NCBI RefSeq assembly: GCF_014280175.1
Contig: NZ_CP047931.1
Span: forward strand, 210,001 to 242,000
Source of the DNA: Synechococcus sp. A15-28
GTDB lineage: Bacteria > Cyanobacteriota > Cyanobacteriia > PCC-6307 > Cyanobiaceae
Length of the DNA: 32,000 nucleotides
Direction: 5' to 3'
Each line of letters begins with the position of its first letter. Positions within the stretch are counted from its first letter, which is position 1. The notes beneath the pieces are model-generated. The model did no database searches. It was not told the DNA's origin and was given only the letters and a program-made list of their open reading frames with translations. Made by a program: the position numbers and the translations under genes. Of the stretch, positions 26,565 to 32,000 are shown in pieces.

Positions 26565-27488
26565 ATGCGACGCAGTGTTCGAGACGCCATCGTGGGCTTC
26601 ACCGTGATCGGTGGCATTGTCGGCTTCGCCGCCACGGCGATGTGGATGCGGGGCATTCGGCTGGGGTCCGGCCACTGGACGGTGACGGCGTCGTTCAGCG
26701 ATGCCGGCGGCCTGGCGGAACGCTCGCCGGTGACCTATCGCGGCATCCTTGTCGGTTCGGTGCGTTCGGTGCGGGTCACCCCAGAGGCCGTGGTGGCCGA
26801 CCTGGAGATCGACAAGGGAGATCTGCGCCTGGCTTTGCCGGTGACGGCCACGGTGGCGTCAGGCTCTCTGCTGGGTGGCGATGCTCAGGTGGCTCTGGTG
26901 AGTCGCGGAACCCCGCTTCCTGAGAAGGCTCCGCTGCCGAAGGCCGGCAACTGCGACACCAGTCGTCAGCTCTGTAACGGCGCCACGATCCAGGGTCAGG
27001 AAGCCCCAAGCCTCACCACGGTGACCGAAAGCCTGCAATTACTGCTGTCCCAGGCCAAGGACGCTCAACTGGTTCCCAACCTGGCCAAATCGACAAAGCA
27101 GTTCGAGCAGACCGCGATCGACGCGTCGGAGTTCCTCACCAACGCTGATGCAACGTCGCGGGAGATCGCTGGACTTGTTGAACAGTTGCGTGTGGAGATC
27201 GCCAGAGCCCAGCCGATGATCGACAACCTCAATGCTGCAACCGCCAACGCAATGCAGGCGTCAGCCCACGTGAACAACATCTTGGCGGCTCTGGACAACC
27301 CCAAGACCATCAATGAACTGCGTCAGACCGCGGCCAACGCAGCGCAACTCAGCGCCAAGATCGATGCTGTCGGTGGCGATGTGGCCAAACTCACCGCTGA
27401 CCCGGCATTCATGGATGGTTTGCGCAATGTGACCATCGGCCTGGGGGCTCTGTTTTCGGAGGTTTATCCAGCTGAAACCAATAACTAA
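26565..27488 (+). CDS. MCE/MlaD (TGD2)-like substrate-binding protein
   Basis: N-terminal TM 'AIVGFTVIGGIVGFAATAMWM', an MCE-like core 'VTYRGILVGSVRSVRV' and a long helical C-terminal region. It starts 5 nt after the ATPase gene. Confidence 0.65.
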   Translation: MRRSVRDAIVGFTVIGGIVGFAATAMWMRGIRLGSGHWTVTASFSDAGGLAERSPVTYRGILVGSVRSVRVTPEAVVADLEIDKGDLRLALPVTATVASGSLLGGDAQVALVSRGTPLPEKAPLPKAGNCDTSRQLCNGATIQGQEAPSLTTVTESLQLLLSQAKDAQLVPNLAKSTKQFEQTAIDASEFLTNADATSREIAGLVEQLRVEIARAQPMIDNLNAATANAMQASAHVNNILAALDNPKTINELRQTAANAAQLSAKIDAVGGDVAKLTADPAFMDGLRNVTIGLGALFSEVYPAETNN

Positions 27489-27524
27489 GCACGATATCGT
27501 TAAAATTTAGATGCGATATCGTGC
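27489..27524. terminator. Perfect 11-bp inverted repeat hairpin between convergent genes (probable bidirectional terminator)
   Basis: GCACGATATCG (27489-27499) and CGATATCGTGC (27514-27524) flank a 14-nt AT-rich loop. It sits in the 48-nt spacer between the mlaD-like stop (27488) and the chlD stop (27537). Confidence 0.5.
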
Positions 27525-27536
27525 CAAACGAGATGG

Positions 27537-29651
27537 TTAGATTTCGTTGATGGCATTCATTGCCACAGCGGCGATCGCCTGATCGCTGGCCTTGGGCAGC
27601 TGCACATATTTGCCACCGGCGGCTTCGGCGAGGTCCTTGCCCATGCCGCTGCCGATGAACTTGCGCTCGGTGTCGATCACCAGCAGCTTGATCCCGAGCA
27701 TCCGGTAGCGGGCGGCGACGTCCAGCACCTCCTGCTTGAGGTCGGGTTTCTCCTCGCCTTCCAGTTCCGGTTGGCCCAAGGATGTGCTCAGGGGCACGTT
27801 GCCGCGACCGTCGGTGATGGCCACCACCACCACCTGGCCGAGATCGCCGGTAGCCAGCGCATTGGCACCGACGCGGGCGGCCTGGGTGAGGCCGTGGGCC
27901 AGCGGTGAACCACCACCGCAGGGCATCGATTCCAGCCGGCGCCGGGCCGCTGTGATCGAGCGGGTTGGAGGCAGCAGCACCTCGGCCTGATCGCCGCGGA
28001 AGGGGATCAGGGCGACTTCGTCGCGGTTTTCGTAGGCCTCGGTGAGCAGTCGGATCACGGCGCCCTTGGCGCTCTGCATCCGGTTGAGGGCCATCGAGCC
28101 GCTGGCATCCACGAGGAACACCACCAGGGCGCCGGCCTTGCGCTGCAGCAACTTGGCCCGCAGGTCGCCCTCCTCCACGATCACCGAGCGACCCGGTTCC
28201 CGCTCTCGCCGGATCTTCTGATACGGCGCGGCCGCACGCAGGGTGGCATCCACGGCGATGCGACGCACCGGACCGCGGGGCAGCATCGGTTTCACATAAC
28301 GCCCGCGGCTGTCGCTGAGCACCACTGAACGGCTGCCGCTGTTGCCGCTCTTGGCCTTGGCGGCGTTGAACAGCAGCAGATCAGAGTCCACTTCGATCGC
28401 TTCGGGATCGAGCATGAACTCCTCGGGCACAGCTGGAGGGGCCTGGTCCTCCTCGCCGTCGCCGTCATCGTCGTCGGTGTTGTCCTCCGGCGGATCGTTG
28501 TCCTCCGGCGGATCGTTGTCCTCCTCCTCACCGGACCCTTCCGGTGGCGGCGGTGGATTCTCCTGCTGCTGGTCGCCCTGGTCCTGGGGCGGTGGCGGCG
28601 GCTCCTGGTCCTGCGGCGGCGGCGGCTCCATCTGCTGATCCGGCGGTGGCATCTGTGAGGCCCGCGGGGCGATCACCAGGGCCACGGCCACCTGCAGGTC
28701 GTCGGCTTCCACCACATCGCGGCCGCTGAGGGCCGCATGGGCCTTCGCCACCCGCACGGCATAGAGCTCGGAGCGGTGCCCTTCCACGCCGCCACGGATG
28801 GCTTCGGTGACGAGGTACTCGATCTGTTCGCCACTGATCTGCACATCCGGCAGCCACTGGCGGGCCAGCAGCAATTGGGTTGCAAGGGCGTCGGTTTCCT
28901 CGCCCCACTTTTCGGCAAAGCTGCGGCTGCATTGGCCATGGCTGATCACCGCATTGGTGATTTCCACCCGCTGCTCAGTGCTCACCAGCTGGTTTGCCGA
29001 GAGTGCGATGGCAAAGCGATCCAGAAGGTGATCGCGAACGTTGCCCTCCTCAGGGTTGTAAGTGGCGATCAGCAGCGGCCGGCAGGGGTGGCTGAGGCTG
29101 AGGCCTTCGCGTTCCACCCGGTTCTCGCCGCTGCCCACGGCCGCGAGCATCAGGTTGACGATGCCGTCATCCAGAAGATTGAGCTCGTCGACATAAAGCA
29201 CGCCGCGATGGGCTTCCGCCAGCAGGCCTGGCTGGAACACGGCGCTGCCGCTGGAGAGCGATGCAGCGACATCAACGGCACCCACCAGGCGGTCTTCGGT
29301 GATGCCCAGGGGGATCTGCACGAAGGGGGCGGGGATCACTTTGGAGGGGGCTTCGCCGCTGATCCGCTCCCGAGTGGCGTCGTCCCATTCCTCCGGGTTC
29401 TGCGGGTCGAGGTTTCGACCTACGCCGCCCTCGGCATCAAGGATGTCGATCGGTGGCAGAAGGGCATGCAGGCCTCTGGCCAGAACCGATTTGCCGGTGC
29501 CGCGCCCACCGGCAATGACCACGCCGCCCAGGCCGGGATCAACCGCCGCCAGCAACAGGGCGAGCTTGAGGGTTCCATGACCGGTGATGGCGGCCAACGG
29601 AAAGGCTCGTGTCGCCTGGTCGTCCTTCACCGCTACACCGGTTGCCACCAT
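27537..29651 (-). CDS. chlD: Magnesium chelatase subunit D
   Basis: N-terminal AAA+ module 'GGRGTGKS', a Pro/acidic linker, and a C-terminal vWA domain with MIDAS '[10 protein letters not shown]'. 704 aa. Confidence 0.92.
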   Translation of the reverse strand: MVATGVAVKDDQATRAFPLAAITGHGTLKLALLLAAVDPGLGGVVIAGGRGTGKSVLARGLHALLPPIDILDAEGGVGRNLDPQNPEEWDDATRERISGEAPSKVIPAPFVQIPLGITEDRLVGAVDVAASLSSGSAVFQPGLLAEAHRGVLYVDELNLLDDGIVNLMLAAVGSGENRVEREGLSLSHPCRPLLIATYNPEEGNVRDHLLDRFAIALSANQLVSTEQRVEITNAVISHGQCSRSFAEKWGEETDALATQLLLARQWLPDVQISGEQIEYLVTEAIRGGVEGHRSELYAVRVAKAHAALSGRDVVEADDLQVAVALVIAPRASQMPPPDQQMEPPPPQDQEPPPPPQDQGDQQQENPPPPPEGSGEEEDNDPPEDNDPPEDNTDDDDGDGEEDQAPPAVPEEFMLDPEAIEVDSDLLLFNAAKAKSGNSGSRSVVLSDSRGRYVKPMLPRGPVRRIAVDATLRAAAPYQKIRREREPGRSVIVEEGDLRAKLLQRKAGALVVFLVDASGSMALNRMQSAKGAVIRLLTEAYENRDEVALIPFRGDQAEVLLPPTRSITAARRRLESMPCGGGSPLAHGLTQAARVGANALATGDLGQVVVVAITDGRGNVPLSTSLGQPELEGEEKPDLKQEVLDVAARYRMLGIKLLVIDTERKFIGSGMGKDLAEAAGGKYVQLPKASDQAIAAVAMNAINEI
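28479..28524. repeat. In-frame 18-nt tandem repeat (about 2.5 copies) inside the chlD linker
   Basis: The unit gttgtcctccggcggatc occurs at 28479-28496 and 28497-28514, with a partial third copy to 28524. It encodes '[14 protein letters not shown]' on the - strand. Confidence 0.8.
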
Positions 29652-29689
29652 GGACGCATTCAGCCCGTTCGTGCGAGCTAGTCTCGCTG

Positions 29690-30175
29690 ATGCACCCGAT
29701 CGATGACACTTCCTTAGCGGTGGCCCTGGGGGCCAACCGACCCAGTGCGGTGGGATCGCCCCGCGCCACGCTGCTGGCGGTGCAACCTCAGCTGGAGGCT
29801 CGGCTTAGGGCCTGGGCCACTCAGGAGCTGGTTTACCGCTGGTCATCCCTGCATGACACCGCCCCTGTCGGTGGCCCCCCGGATCAGCCCCCTTATTGCA
29901 ATGCGGTGCTGCTGGTGCAGGGGCTGAAGACTCCGCCGAGCGAGTCCGCCGCCCTGCAACTGTTGGATGCGCTCCAGGGGCTGGAACAGGAGTTCGGCCG
30001 CGACCGATCCCATGAGCAGCGCTGGGGCCCCCGCAGCCTTGATCTGGACCTGCTGTTCTGGGGTGAGCTGCGGCTGGAGCACCCGCGCCTGCTGCTGCCC
30101 CACCCGCGCCTGCACCTCAGGACCTTTGTGCTGGCGCCGTTGCTGCAGGCGATGCAGGGGTCGGCTTCACGGTGA
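29690..30175 (+). CDS. folK: 2-amino-4-hydroxy-6-hydroxymethyldihydropteridine diphosphokinase (HPPK)
   Basis: 'LAVALGAN', 'PRSLDLDLL' and '[18 protein letters not shown]' are HPPK signatures. ATG 29690 is chosen over the longer ORF-track start 29609, which would overlap chlD. Confidence 0.85.
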   Translation: MHPIDDTSLAVALGANRPSAVGSPRATLLAVQPQLEARLRAWATQELVYRWSSLHDTAPVGGPPDQPPYCNAVLLVQGLKTPPSESAALQLLDALQGLEQEFGRDRSHEQRWGPRSLDLDLLFWGELRLEHPRLLLPHPRLHLRTFVLAPLLQAMQGSASR

Positions 30176-31883
30176 TTACCTGATCGGCCTGGGCCAGGAG
30201 CTCCGGGTCGTGACTGCTGATCAGCATCAGCCGTTGCTGGGCGCGTTCCTGAACCACGGAACGAACCTGCGCAGCGGCCTTGGCATCGAGAAAGGCTGTG
30301 GGTTCATCGAGCACCTCCAGCGGCTTGTCGCGCAACCAGGCCCGTAGCAGCCCGAGCCGATGAATCTCTCCGCCGGAGAAGGGATCCTGCGCCAGGGCCA
30401 GCGGTGCATCCAGCCCGCCAGGGCGTTCCAGCAAGTGGCTCAGCCCCAGCCGTTGCAGCCAGGTTTCGATCGCCTCCTGGTGCTGATCGGCCCCCAGCAG
30501 CAGGTTGTCGCGCAGGCTCGCTTCAAACAGCACAGCGTTCTGAGGGGCGTAGGCGATCAGCTGGTGCATCTGCCGTGCGCCTGCCAGCCCGCTCAGTCGC
30601 CACGTTTTGCCGGCGCAGCACAGCTGCCACGCACTGTCTTCCTCGTTGAGCAGTCCACAGATGCGATCGATCAATGTCGTCTTGCCGCTGCCGGAGGGGC
30701 CAGTGAGCGCCACCAGCCCGTTGGCACTCAGGCAAAGGGATGTCAAGCCTGGGGAAGCGTTATCGCTGCTGCTCCAGTGCAGCTCGCTCCATGGTGCAGT
30801 GGAGAGCGTCGTCAGGTTGGTTTCAGCAATGGTCTGGTCGCTGGTTTCGCCCTGGCGGGGAATCAGCTGTCCGCGTCGCTGGCACAGGGCTTCGTAGCCC
30901 GGCAGGTTGCCCAGGCAGAGCCTGCGGGCCTGCACCACGGTGCTGAGGGAGGCGCTGGAGCGGTAGGCCAGCACCAGGGTGGTGGTGAGCGTTTCGCCGC
31001 TCAGATCCTCGCCCTGCATCAGCATCCACAGCCCGGCGACGGCCACCACCAGGGTGTCGCGCCAAGCGTTGTAGCTGGCTCGGCGGCGAACCCGTTCCTG
31101 CAGCAGCCAACGCCCCTCCGCCGTGTCCTTGGCGAAGCGCTGCAGCAGCCATCCCTCCGCTGTTGCGGCGCGCAGGGCTTTCAGGCCATGCAGCCCATCC
31201 CCGACCGTTCTCTGCAGCGCTGCATTCAGCCGGCTCTGGATGCGGCCGAGACCCCAGCTGCCGGAGCGCTGCAGCAGGGCGGCGGCTGTGGTGGCCAGCA
31301 GGGCGAGCAACAGCGGCCAGGCGGCGGTTCGGCCCACCAGCACCACGCTGGCGAGGTAGATGCCCATGGCCAGCAGCGACTGCCCCAACCGCACCGCCTG
31401 ATCCAGGCTCAGGGCTGTGCGGTTGATGTCGGCCATCAGCAGGGCGAGCAGTTCACCGCGCCCCAGCCGATCCAGCTGGGCTGAGGAGGCCTCGAACACC
31501 TGATGTAGCAGCTGTTGCCGCAGCCGGTCGGTGAAGCCGGAGCGCAATCGCTCCCGCTGGATGTCCACCTTGGCCTGGATCAGGCCCCGCAGCAGGATCA
31601 GACCCACGAGCATTCCCAGACTTCCCGCCACGGGCAGGCCCTGGATCAGTGCAGGTGAACCGCTGCCCAGCAGCAGCGTCACCGCCAGCCCCAGGCCGGC
31701 GATGTCGAGCAGGCTGTTGAGACTGCTCAGCCCGCTCAACCAGGCCAGGTGCCGCCAGCCCGCTTCCCGAGCCAGGGCTTTGAGCAGCTGGATCTGCCGC
31801 AGGCGGGCCAGCTGTGGTGGACCTGTTTCGCGCAAAGCGGACGACGGGGGACTGGGTTCACCCGCCATGCTGGGCCCCAGCAA
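30117..31883 (-). CDS. ABC exporter, fused permease/ATPase half-transporter (CydC/CydD- or MdlB-like)
   Basis: Six-TM N-terminal domain. Walker A 'GPSGSGKTT', signature variant 'FSGGEIHRLGLLRA', Walker B 'LEVLDEPTAFLD', H-loop 'ISSHD'. Start is uncertain: TTG 31883, ATG 31868, or further upstream, since the frame is open to the window edge. Confidence 0.8.
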   Translation of the reverse strand: MLGPSMAGEPSPPSSALRETGPPQLARLRQIQLLKALAREAGWRHLAWLSGLSSLNSLLDIAGLGLAVTLLLGSGSPALIQGLPVAGSLGMLVGLILLRGLIQAKVDIQRERLRSGFTDRLRQQLLHQVFEASSAQLDRLGRGELLALLMADINRTALSLDQAVRLGQSLLAMGIYLASVVLVGRTAAWPLLLALLATTAAALLQRSGSWGLGRIQSRLNAALQRTVGDGLHGLKALRAATAEGWLLQRFAKDTAEGRWLLQERVRRRASYNAWRDTLVVAVAGLWMLMQGEDLSGETLTTTLVLAYRSSASLSTVVQARRLCLGNLPGYEALCQRRGQLIPRQGETSDQTIAETNLTTLSTAPWSELHWSSSDNASPGLTSLCLSANGLVALTGPSGSGKTTLIDRICGLLNEEDSAWQLCCAGKTWRLSGLAGARQMHQLIAYAPQNAVLFEASLRDNLLLGADQHQEAIETWLQRLGLSHLLERPGGLDAPLALAQDPFSGGEIHRLGLLRAWLRDKPLEVLDEPTAFLDAKAAAQVRSVVQERAQQRLMLISSHDPELLAQADQVITVKPTPASPAATAPAQRS

Positions 31884-32000
31884 TGCCTGTGTCCCATGGC
31901 GCCCCTGCCGTCGCCAGAACCGTTTGATCTGCTGGAAACGGTGGAGGTGGTGAATGTCCGCAAACTCCGCTTCGAGCGCAATCGGATCAAGTTGCCGATG

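Noticed and set aside
28737-29681. A 314-aa + strand ORF opposite chlD.
   Set aside because: It is a shadow frame, and the ChlD AAA+ motifs are on the - strand.
30360-31484. A 374-aa + strand ORF opposite the ABC exporter.
   Set aside because: It is a Gln/Gly/Ala/Pro-rich shadow frame with no motifs.
31736-31990. An 84-aa - strand ORF at the window end.
   Set aside because: The translation is Arg/Ser/Gly/Trp-rich, the start is TTG, and it overlaps the better-supported ABC frame. It is most likely a frame artefact.
1-32000. A scan for CRISPR arrays, tRNA/rRNA genes, IS elements, integrases, toxin-antitoxin pairs, the Yfr1-type motif (ACTCCTCACAC) and enrichment of the HIP1 palindrome.
   Set aside because: None was seen. 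The largest non-coding gap is about 90 bp (9314-9403). I noticed only one GCGATCGC site (near 27568). No spaced direct repeats were found beyond the chlD linker duplication.

Overview
This is a GC-rich, very gene-dense chromosomal segment. Gene content and order (rubA-ycf48-psbEFLJ back-to-back with ndhCKJ, chlD, a 66-aa marine-type PsbJ) point to a marine picocyanobacterium, most likely a Synechococcus of the high-GC marine lineage. I call 32 protein-coding genes. psbF and psbL fall below the ORF-track size cut-off and were found by hand translation. I also call two hairpin terminators, one short in-frame tandem repeat and one weak promoter candidate. I found no rRNA, tRNA, CRISPR array, transposase, integrase or phage-like gene; no intergenic gap exceeds about 90 bp. 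Left to right: a Kdo-activation cluster with an embedded sulfotransferase (GT8-kdsB convergent with kdsD-kdsC-sulfotransferase); cca and a GT-C-like membrane glycosyltransferase; galE coupled to a pyridine-nucleotide-oxidoreductase::SelD fusion; a 10.8-kb co-directional string (parvulin, cNMP/C39-like ABC exporter, HlyD adaptor, GT4 glycosyltransferase, hisS, uxs, ugd, UDP-GlcA 4-epimerase); psbEFLJ-ycf48-rubA; ndhCKJ; a YvcK/CofD-like protein; MlaF/MlaD-like lipid-transport genes; chlD; folK; and an ABC exporter. I see no obvious novel defence or mobile system, and most of the window is conserved core genome. The most interesting unexplained module is the type-I-secretion-like operon at 9404-15527. 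By eye, its ABC protein carries two degenerate N-terminal accessory domains, and the gene is translationally coupled to a parvulin that also looks catalytically degenerate. A comparatively AT-rich glycosyltransferase follows, and neither cargo nor an outer-membrane factor is in the window. Second is the Kdo/sulfotransferase cluster, in a lineage whose LPS has been reported (from memory) to lack Kdo. All functional calls rest on motifs read from the translations. No database search was run.
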